Shown here: piece by piece, positions 1 through 12,759 of the stretch | Position numbering within the stretch: the first letter of the stretch is position 1 | Layout: each line of letters begins with the position of its first letter | Assembly: GCA_951406725.2 (NCBI GenBank) | Contig: OX597824.1 | Span: 72,354,001-72,418,000 of the forward strand | From: Octopus vulgaris | Taxonomy: Eukaryota | Length of the DNA: 64,000 nucleotides | Reading direction: 5' to 3' | The notes under the pieces: model-generated | What the model was told of the DNA's origin: nothing | The model's database searches: none | The model's input: the letters and a program-made list of their open reading frames with translations, nothing else | Position numbers and translations under genes: made by a program

Positions 1-331
1 TATATACCTATATATATACATACATATATATACAAATATATACACACATATACATAAATATACATACATATATATACATATATATAATATATGTATATAC
101 ACAAATATACATACATAATTATATATATATACATAAATATACATATATAAGTATATATATATATATATATATATATACGTGTGTGTGTATATATATATAT
201 ATACATATACATACAGAATATATACATATATATATACAAATATATACATATATATATATATGTATATATATGTGTGTGTGTATATATATATATATATACA
301 AAGATATAAATATATACAGATATATATGTAA

Positions 332-369
<38 letters not shown>

Positions 370-431
370 GTATATATTCAAACATGGAAAATCGACTTTA
401 AACGATGATGATGATGATGATGATATATCTA

Positions 432-463
<32 letters not shown>

Positions 464-469
464 TATCTA

Positions 470-533
<64 letters not shown>
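1..533. repeat. Compound microsatellite (TA/TACA, GAT, TATC, TC)
   Basis: Directly visible simple repeats. 380-425 (catggaaaatcgactttaaac + (gat)n) is a 3' tail stub of the RTE-related short element. Confidence 0.95.
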
Positions 534-539
<6 letters not shown>

Positions 540-659
540 CATGTATATATAAATACATAGTGAAAGTAACTGAAATTGAAACCACGTAATAGTGAAACTA
601 TTATATCACATTACAAGAGAGATGTTATTGTTTCACTTTTGGCACATAATGAAACAGTT

Positions 660-865
660 TAAGAGATAAGAGATTGCTCTGGGCTCACATTAGGGAAGAA
701 GTTGAAAAATTTTTTTGACCCATGGCACTCCATGGAGCCTAAGTAGGGCATGTGTGAAATTTCAATGAAATCAGTTTCGTAGTTATCAAGTTTTAGTGAT
801 GCACACATACAGACACACATACAGACAAATGAACAGACAGACATTCTCAGTTTTATATATATAGA
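660..865 (-). mobile_element. Non-autonomous Helitron-like element, 5' portion
   Basis: Minus strand begins A|TCTATATATATAAAAC followed by a (TGTC) microsatellite, like the 5' ends at 9886, 32899 and 35309. No 3' CTAG end seen. Confidence 0.5.
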
Positions 866-869
866 TATA

Positions 870-1715
870 CATGGAGGGTGCAATGGGTAAATTGTTGCTA
901 TATTATATTTTGAATTTCACCCATGTGCCTTGTTTGTTTTTGATTTTGTGGACTACATGTCATAGTAAAGTGAGCTGGGCACCTTCTGTGAGAAAGGCAT
1001 CACCATGTCACAATTTACTCTGCTAGAAATTTGGAAACAACATGCTGTAGTGCATGGCATTTGTGCAAGAAACTCCAATATGATCTGATGGTGAATAGAC
1101 AGAAAAACTGTTGGTTTGCTGTGTACCTAAAACATACCAAGAGTTATAAAAATCAAACATTCAGTTAACATCATGGTGTTTGCAGTAATTACTAGTGATG
1201 GTGACGTTATGCCTCTATTCATCTTCCCTCATGACCTCAGACTCAGCATGGAGACCTATGCCATGGGCCTGGAGGAGGTAGTGCTACCCTGGATCAAGAG
1301 GGTGACTGCTGGAAGATCCTATGTCTGGCAACAGGACTCTGTACCATGCCACAGAAGCAGGAGAACTCAGTCATGGCTGTCAGACAATTCTGGCAACCAC
1401 ATCACCCCTAACATCTGGCCACCTAACTCTCCAAACAGCAACTCCCTTCATTATTATGTGTGGAGTGCAGTTCAGCGAAAGACCAACAAATCTCCTTGTA
1501 ACACCAAAGATGAGCTGAAGGCAAGGATTATGGCAGCATTCACCAACTTAAACAAGGAGACTGTCCAGAAGAGTTGCAAGAGATTTTCAATTTTTCTGGA
1601 AGGCTTTGGTTGAAGCCAATGGTGATTTTATTGAATAAATTTACTCTTTTGTATTTCGAGATAATTTTATGTAATTTTGTGAGATATATCTGTTAAAATG
1701 ATATGTTAGTGTTAT
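870..1715 (+). mobile_element. Degenerate Tc1/mariner transposon of the DD37D (maT) type, internally deleted
   Basis: ORF 1173-1613 contains VWQQD...WPPNSPNSNSLHYYVW. There are 37 residues between the QQD aspartate and the third catalytic position, which is mutated to His. A frameshifted C-terminus VEANGDFIE* ends near 1638, and an N-terminal stub starts at ATG 1005. Confidence 0.85.
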
Positions 1716-1745
1716 TTTCATATATATATACATACACACACACAG

Positions 1746-1783
<38 letters not shown>

Positions 1784-1867
1784 AATCTATACATACTTAT
1801 CTCTGTAAATATTGTGTGTTTACATTTAAACATGCTTTTGTACACGAGAATATACATACATACATAT

Positions 1868-1919
<52 letters not shown>

Positions 1920-2561
1920 ATACATACGTATATATATATATGTGTGTGTGTGTGTTTATATATACACACACAGAGACATATATTCAGTGAGACAGAAAGC
2001 TGCATGTTAACAGGAAAAATATGTATTTATATATGTGTATATTAGTACATACATGCATTTATTTGTGTCCGCACAAACACCTATAGTCTCTCTCTTTCTC
2101 TCTCTCTCATACGCACATGCACATAAATAACATAAGTGGGCTGATAAATAAAATATCAGTGTAAAAGCCATATGGACTTTATTCACAAGTATCTTATCTC
2201 CCTAGTTACCATTTCTCAACCCAGTGTGTGTGTATGTGTTTGTGTGTGTGTGTATACATGCATACACACACATATATATATATTTATATATAATAATAAT
2301 ATGAGGGAATATTATTCCAAACTTACAGGGAAAAATTCAATTTAGAAATACTAAATCAAATTTCACAAAATGTAAAATTTACTGAATCATTGTTATATGT
2401 TTTATCTATCTATAATATGTAATTTTTCTAAATGGTATAATCTAATTTTTTTCATTTTTGAATTGATAAAAGGTGGATTTTTTTCTAATTTATATATATT
2501 TATATATATACACACACATATATATATATAGTGTGTGTGCATACATATTTATATATATATA

Positions 2562-2820
2562 TCATCATCATCATCATCATCGTTTAACGTCCGTTTTCCG
2601 CACGGGTTGGACGGTTCGACCGGGGTCTGGGAAGCCAGGGCTGCATCAGGCTCCAGTCTGATCTGGCAGTGTTTCTACAGCTGGATGCCCTTCCTAATGC
2701 CAACCACTCCGTGAGTGTAGTGGGTGCTTTTTACGTACCACCTGCACAGGTGCCAGGGGGATGTAGCATCGGCCACGTTCGGATGGTGCTTTTTATGTGC
2801 CACCGACACAGGTGGCACAT
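2562..2820 (-). mobile_element. (GAT)n-tailed RTE-related short retroelement
   Basis: Reads (cat)n-cgtttaacgtccg...gctggatgcccttcctaatgccaaccactcc. Near-identical copies lie at 4266, 45943, 47263 and 53765. Confidence 0.75.
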
Positions 2821-2835
2821 TTATATATATATTCA

Positions 2836-3330
2836 ATAATAATATAGAGTAAAATTAATTAACTAATTAATAATTAATAATTTTACCAAGTAGTTTGGAA
2901 TGTTAAAATAACCTTTATCGGTAACCTTAAACAAAAATTTTATAATTATAATCATAATTATAATTAGGGTTCAGCAAATTGCTTCACCACATGCCGAAAT
3001 TTAGAAATAGCAGTTTAATACTATTCCTCTACCATAAGATATCTCCCACACAGCATTACTCTTAATTCACATAGGTAAAGAGAAAAAAATAACAAAACCA
3101 CCCGGCTTCGATCAACTATATACACGTTTCAGGATTAAAGAGATGTAAAATTTTACTTTTTACTCGCTTATTTCTGTCTTCAGCGTAGTATTTCAATTGT
3201 AAATTCGAGAGTACTAATAATTTAAATACATATTTGATAGAGGAATAGTATTTAACCTCTATTTCTAAATTTCGGTATGTGGTGAAGCAATTTGCTGAAC
3301 GCTAATTATAATTATGCTTATATTTATAAA
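2836..3330. mobile_element. Fold-back repeat, possible Penelope-like pLTR relic
   Basis: About 100-bp inverted arms (2935-3031 versus 3238-3338). The same family occurs at 57310-57585. A hammerhead-shaped motif lies between the arms. Confidence 0.5.
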
Positions 3331-3391
3331 ACTTTTGTATTTATATATATATATATATCGTGTATGTATGTATATATTTCATGTATGTGTG

Positions 3392-3443
<52 letters not shown>

Positions 3444-3809
3444 GTGTGTGTTGTTATTTTTTGAGTCATGTTTGTGCATGCTTGTGTGTATATCTCCAAC
3501 AAATATTCAAAATGTGCTACTATTACACAGCAACAAATAATTTTGGTGGTGTTTTACATCTTCAGCTCTTAATGTAAATCATGTAAATATAGAACTGAAA
3601 ACTTGCCATTTCTCTTATGGAACTTCATTGAAGTTTAATAAGGTTGAATTAGTAAGGATGAATAAGTGTTAGTTTGATTGGATGTCAGTGAAAGTGTGCA
3701 GCAGGCATTTATAGGGTCCCATACACCCCTACAATTCCCTACAAATTTATGGACTTGTAGTAATGTTAGAATGATTCAATAAGGCTCCATAACATTGTGG
3801 AATAATGTG

Positions 3810-4162
3810 GATGGATGATCCGAATCAACGGAACAGCCTGCTCGTGAAATTAACGTGTAAGTGGCTGAGCACTCCACAGACACGTGTACCCTTAACGTAG
3901 TTCTCGGGGATATTCAGCATGACACAGAGAGTGACAAGGCCGGCCCTTTGAAATACAGGTACAACAGAAACAGGAAGTAAGAGTGAGAGAAAGTTGTGGT
4001 GAAAGAGTACAGCAGGGATCACCACCATCCCCTGCCGGAGCCTCATGGAGCTTTTAGGTGTTTTCGCTCAATAAACACTCACAATGCCTGGTCTGGGAAT
4101 CGAAACCGCGATCCTATGACCGCGAGTCCGCTACCCTAACCACTGGGCCATTGCGTCTCCAC
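3810..4162 (-). mobile_element. Full-length tRNA-derived SINE with 14-bp TSD
   Basis: Minus-strand head with A box TGGCCCAGTGG and B box GGTTTCGATTCC. TSD tgtggaataatgtg at 3796-3809 and 4163-4176. Older relatives lie near 24905, 25790, 33040 and 52240. Confidence 0.88.
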
Positions 4163-4265
4163 TGTGGAATAATGTGTAAGCTCAGTGAATAAAGTGTTAA
4201 TTTGATTGTTTGTATGTGTCTGTGTGTGTATACTTGATTACTATATATATATATCTTCATCCTCC

Positions 4266-4452
4266 TCATCATCATCATCGTTTAACGTCCGCTTTCCATG
4301 CTGGCATGGGTTGGATGATTTGACTGAGGTCTGGCGAACCAGATGACTGCACCAAGTTCCAATCTGATCTGGCAGAGTTTCTACAGCTGGATGCCCTTCC
4401 TAATGCCAACCACTCCGAAAGTGTAGTGGGTGCTTTTACATACCACCGGCAC
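4266..4452 (-). mobile_element. (GAT)n-tailed RTE-related short retroelement
   Basis: Same family as 2562-2820. Confidence 0.72.
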
Positions 4453-4573
4453 AGTCAAATTGAGTATTAAATGTTGAACATTAACAATCGAACATTAAAA
4501 ATAACAAAACAACAAGAGGATGTACATATGGAATATATTAGTCTAACACTCACCAAAGGTGGAAAAGAAAGTG

Positions 4574-4620
<47 letters not shown>

Positions 4621-4628
4621 CACACATT

Positions 4629-4663
<35 letters not shown>

Positions 4664-5414
4664 ATGTGTGTATAGAGATAGATAGATAGATAGATAGATA
4701 GTTTTGACTGAAGTGGATCCATAAATAACTGAAGTATATCAAAAGTGAAGCATGACACGATTGTTAGCTGGACAGAGTGCTATAAGTCAAACAGTTTAAT
4801 AATCTATTACCAAAGCATGGATGAAGAGAAATTCACTGTTGTTTGGTAATCCACAACACAATTAGTCTTCAAAGATGAATGGAACCTTAAACTTGGCATA
4901 AATACATAATAAAAATAGATGAATGCGCAATCTGGTACTGCTACAATTGTTTCAGTAAGAGATCTTTATTATAATGTAAACAACATACAGTCAAATATTC
5001 AACATGCATAACGTCCATAAGATTATATAATATACTAAGCAAGTCTCAACTCACTGAGTTTATTGAATAAACAAGCGAGTTGTAACACGTTGATTAATCA
5101 ACAGATCATCAAGTGAAATTTCTGATCAGATTTAACAAAATTTAAGAAATGCATGGTAGGGTGGGACTACAATCTGCTGATCATGATGGTGGCTGGCAGA
5201 ATGTGGAAATTAAAAGAATAATTAAAAGATATTTCTATTTTCAAGATGTCATAAAACTGAGTAACCTTGCTCATAAAGGCTGGTATTGGCAAAAGAGGCA
5301 CGTGTACTAGCAGATAACAATCATCAAACCTGATATTTGACACTAAAAACATATGTGAAGACAGCTGCTGTGCTGTTATAAAATAAATAACATTTATTAT
5401 TGTGTCTGGGGAGA

Positions 5415-5640
5415 GTCATTTTCTTTTTGTGCCTTATAATGTAACACACTCACTGGTAAAATTTCCACTTATTTCTTATTTTTATTTTCCTAAAATTTTC
5501 GTTGCATCTTGTAACCTTTGAGTCAAGACTATTGAAAAGGTTGCAAGACACAACGAAAATTTTAGGAAAATAAAAATAAGAAATACGTGGAAATTTTACT
5601 GGTGAGTGTGTTAGATTATAAGGCACAAAAATAAAATGAC
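5415..5640. repeat. Long near-perfect inverted repeat (~105-bp arms)
   Basis: gtcattttctttttgtgccttataat...gtaaccttt versus aaaggttgcaag...attataaggcacaaaaataaaatgac, with a spacer of about 15 nt. Confidence 0.9.
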
Positions 5641-6420
5641 AACAGAATATGCTTCAACACACGAACTCATATAAAGAATCTTGCAAACTAAATCCAAAAA
5701 CGAAACATTTACTATGTCATATTACTTAGTATGTTAAGGAGCAACATAGTTTATAATCCTAGTATTACTTATTCCAGTATTCAGTTACTTAATTCATTTT
5801 GATTAAAGTGATCTGATTAATTATTACATAAATTAATAGAATATTAGCTTTAACTTAAGGAATTTCAGAGAAAAAATACCTTAAGTAAAATGCAGTGAAT
5901 AGTGAAAGAATCTGCAAAATTTCAGAGGGAAGTAGGGAGAAGGGGAGGAGGGAAAAAATTTACAAAGATAGCCATAATTTAAGTACCAGTAATAACAACC
6001 TATAAATAATTAACTAGAAACAAAATAGGACCAATCTAATATCTAAAGTGGTCAGCTCATTGATGTGAAGATGACAATGGCATAAAGAAATTTATATTAA
6101 AAAATAATGGAAGTAGTTTAGACAATAATCAGTGTCAGCACGAAAATATAAAACTACAGATTCATAAATTTATGTTAGTTAAATATCGAAATTCGGAGCA
6201 GTCAGTTATATAGCCATAATGAAGTAATGAGTTGGAACGCCATAAATAATAAAGAAGGAAGAGCAGAACTGATATTCCCAGTAAGAATAAACATGAGAAA
6301 ACATGACTCCGACTGTTTTTTATTAACCAATATCGTCACAATATTATTTAGAATAAATCAAATCAATTAAAATCATATAGGTTCAGTATATAGGTTGGAC
6401 CACGATTATGAAAAAATTAA

Positions 6421-6594
6421 AAGGCGAAGACCCGGCTATGTGATAAGAAGCTTGCTTCCCAACCACATGGTTCCAGGTTCAGTCCCACTGTGTAGCACCT
6501 TGAGCAAGTGTCTTCTGCTATAGCCTTGGGCCAACCAAAGCCTTGTGAGTGGATGTGGTAGATGGTAGCTGAAAGAAGCCTGTTATATATATAT

Positions 6595-6646
<52 letters not shown>

Positions 6647-6880
6647 GTATATATTTATGTATATGTGTTTGTTTTTTTCCCACTCCCCACCACTACTTAA
6701 CAACTGTTATTGGTGTGTTTTATGTTCCCATGACTTAGCGATTCAGCAAAAGAGACCGATAGAATAACTACTAAACTTTAAAAGGCAAGTCCTGGGGTTG
6801 ATTTGTTTGACTAAAAGCACTTCAAGGTGGTGCTCCAGCATGGCTGCATTCAAATGACTGAAACAAGTAAAAGAGTAAAA
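6421..6880 (+). mobile_element. CORE-type tRNA SINE (resembles octopus OR1/OR2 families)
   Basis: tRNA-like head (ggttcagtcccactg), CORE-like gcaccttgagcaagtgtcttct, internal microsatellite, and tail ctccagcatggctgc...gaaacaagtaaaagag. Confidence 0.8.
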
Positions 6881-7139
6881 AAAATTAAGAAGATGTTAAA
6901 AGAATTATTAAGAATTATAAAGGCCAAAAATGTTAATACATCATAAAAGAATTTGCTGGTTTGTAACGAATTATAAAGTCCATAACTAGAGAGAATAAAG
7001 CAAATATAAAGGTATCACCTATAGTTAAAAGCAAATTGAATAAAATTATCAAATTAAATTATATAAAATTCAAGGCGGTGCTCCAGTATGGCCACAGTCA
7101 GATGACTGAAATACATAAACGAATAAAATATAAATTAGA

Positions 7140-7905
7140 TAAAGGTTCTTTTCTGTTTGGCTGCAGCTGTGGAACTTTCAAAGTTTATTGAAAATGTTAA
7201 GATTTAGTGTATTAATTTAGTTTTCCAAGCTGAATATCAGGAAATATTTCACTTTTTCCAGAAATTTTTAAAAAAATGTTATAGAGTTTGATAATTTTCA
7301 TCCACTCAGAAAACAGGATTTAGAAGCTGTCATTTTGTGTGTAACGTTTTTTTAATATAAAACTGTAAATAAATTAACTTCTGCTATACACACATGTAAC
7401 CCCTCATAACTTTTATATTCTTTGAAATCTTCAGAAAGTTTTTTTCGAATTTGTATTCTACACCCAGGAATTTATACGATTATGTGAAAGAAATAATGTG
7501 GGGTTGGGGGTGCGTGATTTAAGGCCTGTTTAGCTATTATTTTGAGCACATCTCTCGATCAGGATACAAGTAACAGATAGGCACAAGCAGAAGAACACAG
7601 CGTCGACGAACATACTTTCGCATAGAATACATTTGTCAACACGTGTTATCTCATAGACAAAAGAATTCTCATATTTGGCTTGTTACTATGGAAACAGGTA
7701 TGAATGTCTCTCTGGCTTATGATTGGTTAAAATTACCCAAATTTGCAAACTTTAAAAGCTAATAACTCTTTATCTATTGATTTATGGCGAAAATGAATTT
7801 CATGGCATTGATTAACATATAAAACTACATCATTACACCAAATATGAAATCAATTCGAACAGAAATTGATGAGATTGAAAATTAGCATCCAAAAAAAAGA
7901 CCCTA
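7140..7905. mobile_element. Old non-autonomous DNA transposon
   Basis: Imperfect terminal inverted repeats aaggttcttttctgtttgg / ccaaaaaaaagaccct. A similar end agggatcttttccgtttg occurs near 12505. Confidence 0.35.
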
Positions 7906-8721
7906 TATAAAATTAGTCATTGGCATCTTTCGTTTGAACTAAACGTAAATAAAAAGAGCTTAAATATGATTAATTATATATATTAATAGTATTAAGATAT
8001 GCTAGGTTACGTAAATAGAATCCATGAATTAAGGTTTATATTGTAGGGTTATAGATAAGTATCTTGCACTCGGGAAAGACTATATAGAATTGGTTTAATG
8101 TAGATGGAAGTTTTACAGATAGAATGCAGGCATTTGATCCTTAACTCATCCGATCTATTAATAACATCACCTGTGCACTTTAAGGTTACCACCAATTCCA
8201 AACAGCAGAAATTGCAACCATATCTAGCAGTAGCATAAGGTTAGCGTGGCTAGCGATATTCCATGTTAAGTGAAAATCGACATTTTTGTCCTTTTTAACC
8301 CCCGACCTTCGCGGAGAATAGTGTTGTTTTCGCTTTATCTCTTCTTCTAAATGTATGAAGATGATTATGTAATCTTGGTTTTAAAATGGAGAAAAGTGGA
8401 ACCCGTGTAAATGAAAGTATGTAGATTAGTTTTAACATTACAGTTATATACGATGATTTTGGTCAAGCATTTATCTCCTAGCAGGCATTTAGGTTCTTCT
8501 TACAATTACATAATCTAATTAACGTCGGGATGAGAATATTGTAGGTTACTTAGCTCATACCATTATACGATACACAGTCATAATAAGTAGAATTGTTATG
8601 TTCGTTAACCAATCCATCAACACTTACATTACTATAATCCGTACTAAAGCTATTATAAACATCACTGAGTTCCCGCTCCCAAGTGCTCCAAAATGATTAT
8701 ACTCGTTCTCATCATCATCAT

Positions 8722-8766
<45 letters not shown>

Positions 8767-8843
8767 AGTTGTAGTTATTGTCATAATCATTAATACAGCT
8801 ATTCACACTAGTTCATTTCATATTATTACTGTCGTTTCTGTCA

Positions 8844-9540
8844 TCTCTTATTATAAAAGGCAGATTTTATCTGCCTCCCTTTGGGAGTTATAGAAATCTA
8901 CAATATAGGATTTCTTCAATTACAATTTACCTAGCATTTTTAAGAGTAGAATGCATCGCGTCATACCAGGTCCAGTTTTTAAAATTTAAACTCCAATTAA
9001 GCAAAATTTACAGAAAACTCACATTCTGGTGTGTGTGTCAAATGCTTTTCTTAGTCTGGTTTACACCACACGCAAACGCACACACACAGTGTGCAACGAA
9101 TAAAATGAAAGTAAATAGCGACAGAGTGATTTGAGGAAGACTAAACTGAAAGTATTTAAACCACTACTCAAAAAATAAAAAAACACAGCAAACAGAAACA
9201 AATAAATACATAACCATTTACTCCTCACACAATTTCTTCAATTAGAGTTTACCTAAGATTTTTCAGAGTACTTCAGTGGGTGATGCCATAAAAAATTTCT
9301 TTCAATTTTACCACCAATTAAGACAAAATTCGACAAAACTCAATATTTTAACATATCACTCCGAAAGCATTGATGTACATGTGTGCGTGCAGAAAAGGTA
9401 AATTGGTTTTTATTTTACTCTGTATATATTTTATTATATAATATTATATATAGATATATGTATATATAATTGCAGTATGAAACAGTGTTTATGTATAAAC
9501 AGACGACACTTATATATAGTTATTATAATAAGAGATTAAT
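8844..9540 (+). mobile_element. Possible Helitron-like element, 5' portion
   Basis: A|TCTCTTATTATAAAAGG start resembles Helitron 5' termini. The 3' end was not identified. Confidence 0.3.
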
Positions 9541-9556
9541 AAATGTATGCATCCGT

Positions 9557-9885
9557 TTAACCCTTTCGTTACCAAGCCGCCCGAATTTACCTATTCATAT
9601 TTAAATGAGAATATCAGAGCAAATCTCTTTAGTACATTCGTGAAAACACGTATTATACTTCGTAAACACTTCAACTACAGTTTTGTACAAAAATCGAAGT
9701 GTAATTTTAATTCCGTGAATTATGGAAGATTTTTTTCCGAAATTTGTTCCTATTGTGTTTTCAAAATTTGTAATTCTGACAAAAAATGGATACGAATTTC
9801 ATTATATCAAGCAGCGAGTCAGAATTCGAAGGATTTTCTACTGAAGACCTTCATAAATCTAACTCTATGACTGAAAAAAAAAGCA
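9557..9885 (+). mobile_element. piggyBac-like MITE end
   Basis: TTAA|CCCTTTCGTTACC terminus, abutted by the Helitron at 9886. Confidence 0.45.
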
Positions 9886-10281
9886 TCTTTATATAAGAGT
9901 GAAGTTGTGTGGTGTCTGTCTCCTACGATTTACATTCCTAACTACTCCCACATTTTGCGGTGCAGTTTAACCAAAAGCGGGTATCTTATAGTCGTGATTC
10001 ATATCGAGCCCTTCTGGGTATTAGCGTGCGTCTACGATGAGTCTACGATTTAAAAAAATTTACCATCATATTTTTCCATTTTAATGCATTTTTTCGCTTT
10101 TATATAAGGGAAGTAACTCTCTAAAAATATCTACGATGTGTCAACGATTTAAAAAAAAATTTACCTTAATTTTTTTTCAATTTTTAATGCATTTTTTTGA
10201 TATTTTTTGGCTATAACTCTCTAAAAATGCTTATATAGTTATTTCCCTTACAACCCGAGCAACGCCGGGCGATACTGCTAG
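9886..10281 (+). mobile_element. Complete non-autonomous Helitron
   Basis: 5' A|TC start, 3' hairpin cccgagcaacgccggg then CTAG|T, no TSD. Near-identical to 12760-13234 and 32609-32899. Confidence 0.88.
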
Positions 10282-10362
10282 TTGTTATTAAGTCGTCAAA
10301 TATGAAATTTGTAAAAAAGAAAAAAAAGGTTTGCTTATGTTTTATAAATACAAAGAATAGTT

Positions 10363-10910
10363 TTATTCATCAAAGTATGCACCCATATTGTCAATACACT
10401 TTTGCCATTTCAGTGGTAGCTTTTCCAGCCCGGAACTGTAAAAGCCTGGCAATCTAGAGTCAATAAAATATTGTTTTTCAGTATCGTCGGAATTTAACTT
10501 TTTTATTATCAAAAAGTTATCCAAATTCTGGAAGAATTGGTAGTCAGTTGGGGCAAGATCAGGCGAGTATGGTGGATGATGGAGAACTTCCAACTCCTGT
10601 AGTTTCGCCAGTGTCATTTTTGCGATGTTTGGCCTGGCGTTGTCTTTCAATAAAATAGGAGTGGATCTGTTGACTAATCTAGTTTTTTTTTGTGAGTTTC
10701 TGCATCATTTGGTCCAGTTTGGCTGCAGTATACTTCGGCCGTGATTGATGAGCCAGGTTTAATGAAATCATAATGGATCACCCCTGCGCCAAACCACCAA
10801 ATACATACCATCAGCTTCTTTTGATGAATTTTATCTTTTGGAGTGTATTTTGGTGGATCGTCTTAGTCCAACCATTGTGCTGAATTTTTAACGTTGTATT
10901 GGATCCATTT
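10363..10910 (-). mobile_element. Mariner (DD34D) transposase relic
   Basis: Motifs DNARP and HPPYSPDLAPTDYQFF, with upstream KKLMVCIWW and WIQYN segments. Stops and frameshifts are present and the 5' end is truncated. Confidence 0.92.
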
Positions 10911-11195
10911 CTAGGAGTCCTTCACTCCCAATAGTTTAACCGCGCGATCGGGTATTCAGTCCGATTATTTCTATGTCCCCGCGCATGATACAGCCTTAAG
11001 ACATTTATTGGATGGCCGTTGACTCTCAAGAGTTCCTCCGCCCTTTGACAAGTTTTGTTTTTCATCCCGCAGGGTGTCCAATAAACACCCTCCTCACCAA
11101 GCAAGCTTGGTGGTGTTGCCGGTTTAGTCGCCGACGACCCGACCATGCAACAGGTTGTACTGGGTTACATGTTACCAGTAGCACTCGAAAGTGAC
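10911..11195 (-). mobile_element. GC-richer structured repeat fragment, possibly the 5' UTR of an RTE-like LINE
   Basis: Abruptly truncates the mariner, is CpG-rich, has several hairpins and an HDV-like arrangement at its 5' end. Family assignment is inference. Confidence 0.35.
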
Positions 11196-11219
11196 CTGAC
11201 ATTATGTACATACATATAT

Positions 11220-11261
<42 letters not shown>

Positions 11262-11842
11262 CCGCGCGCGCGCGCTCACTCATACGACACTCGTCTTTCA
11301 GTTTCCGTCAACCAAATCTGTTCAAGCGTCGTTGGCCGAGTAAATGGGAATAACAGAAAATAACAGCATTGCTCAAAACGTTTCGAAAGATACGGTAAAC
11401 GAAAGCAACAACTATAAAACTAGTCCACATGCACATAATTTGCCAGTAAACAATATGTTTGGCAACTATAACATTTTACAAGCGCCCCCATCACACATAC
11501 ACACACGCCAAACGAAAGTGTGTCGAAATCTGGTTAGATTCGTTCTTTGTAAATATTTGATATGGAACATTTAAAAGTGAGAATGGTTGCTTTGAGACAT
11601 TATGTCACCAAAACGGGTGATTTTGTTTTGTTTTGTTTTGATTCAGAAGCTATCGTCCAAATACGAGAGAAGAGAATGATGACTCGCCTCCGATTGGAAA
11701 AGTGATCAGAAATTGAGCTGGACGTCATTATTCAAGCCAAGCTAAAAAAATCTAGACAAAATCCTGGATCATGTAGAACTCCCAATTAGACAAAAACTGA
11801 ACATTACGGTGGCAGAGAGAAAACTCAGGTGCTGCTTTTTGT

Positions 11843-12342
11843 AATGTTTCTTTATTAGCCACACAGGGCTGGACACAGACGGGACAAATTACAAAGTAGA
11901 GCTTTTCTTTTGGGGGAGAAAAAAAAAGTGGGGTAGGTTTTCGATCAAAAGGGATCGTAGAAAGGAAAAATAAAGAAAAGAAAAAACGATCAATAGGGAT
12001 CGTGTATCACAGAAATGTCATGATGTAAAGTGTAAAGGGGAAGCAAATAAGGTTTATCAATGGAAGGAAAAGCCTACGGAAACGACCACGGTAACCTCGG
12101 TCATTAATGTCACATCACAGAAATGTCATGATATAAAGTGTAAAGGGGGAAGCAGATAAGGTTTATCCATGGAAGGAAAAGCCTACGGAAACGACCACGG
12201 TAACCTCGGTCATTAATGTCACATGTTAACACATTTATTTGCAAGTAAGTAACTCTCTGTTTTAAATTTTTCCGGGTTCATAGGATTATGCTCAAGGTGG
12301 CTTTGTCATTCATACGTGCCATACTTGCTACATTCACCCAAT
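11843..12342 (-). mobile_element. 3' end of a Tx1/L1-clade LINE (ORF2 C-terminus plus 3' UTR)
   Basis: WVNVASMARMNDKATLSIIL* is followed by a pyrimidine-rich 3' UTR ending ccctgtgtggctAATAAAgaaa. A ~109-bp tandem duplication lies at 12006-12223. Confidence 0.6.
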
Positions 12343-12759
12343 AGTGCCAACCACAGCTACTTTTGTAATAAATTGTACCAACCGCAGAAACAAAAAAGTA
12401 GAAGGAAAAATACTGCTTTCCTGCCAATGCCACGTACAAAACAGCATCAATGACAACTACAATAAAGCTGACAACAGCAAAAATCACCGCAGAAGCAATA
12501 GAAAAGGGATCTTTTCCGTTTGCACGGCAGTTTTTAACATAATTTCTAGGTAACTAAAACATTTTAAACTTCGTATACTGATAGAATGTGTTTATAAAAT
12601 ATCTCTTTCTCTTGGCTTTATTGAGAAAATTCTATAGTTTGTAAGATATTAGTTGTTTTTTCTTCTTCAATTTCTGCAATTTCAACCAATCAATGACGTC
12701 TATTGAGGTAAAAAAAAACATTCTGTGCCGTATGAATATGTCCCTCGGTTAAGAAACAG

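Noticed and set aside
1173-1613. Functional transposase
   Set aside because: The third catalytic Asp is mutated, the N-terminal domain is deleted and the C-terminus is frameshifted.
4085-4162. tRNA gene
   Set aside because: It is the head of a TSD-flanked SINE. The same applies to the other A/B-box hits in the window.
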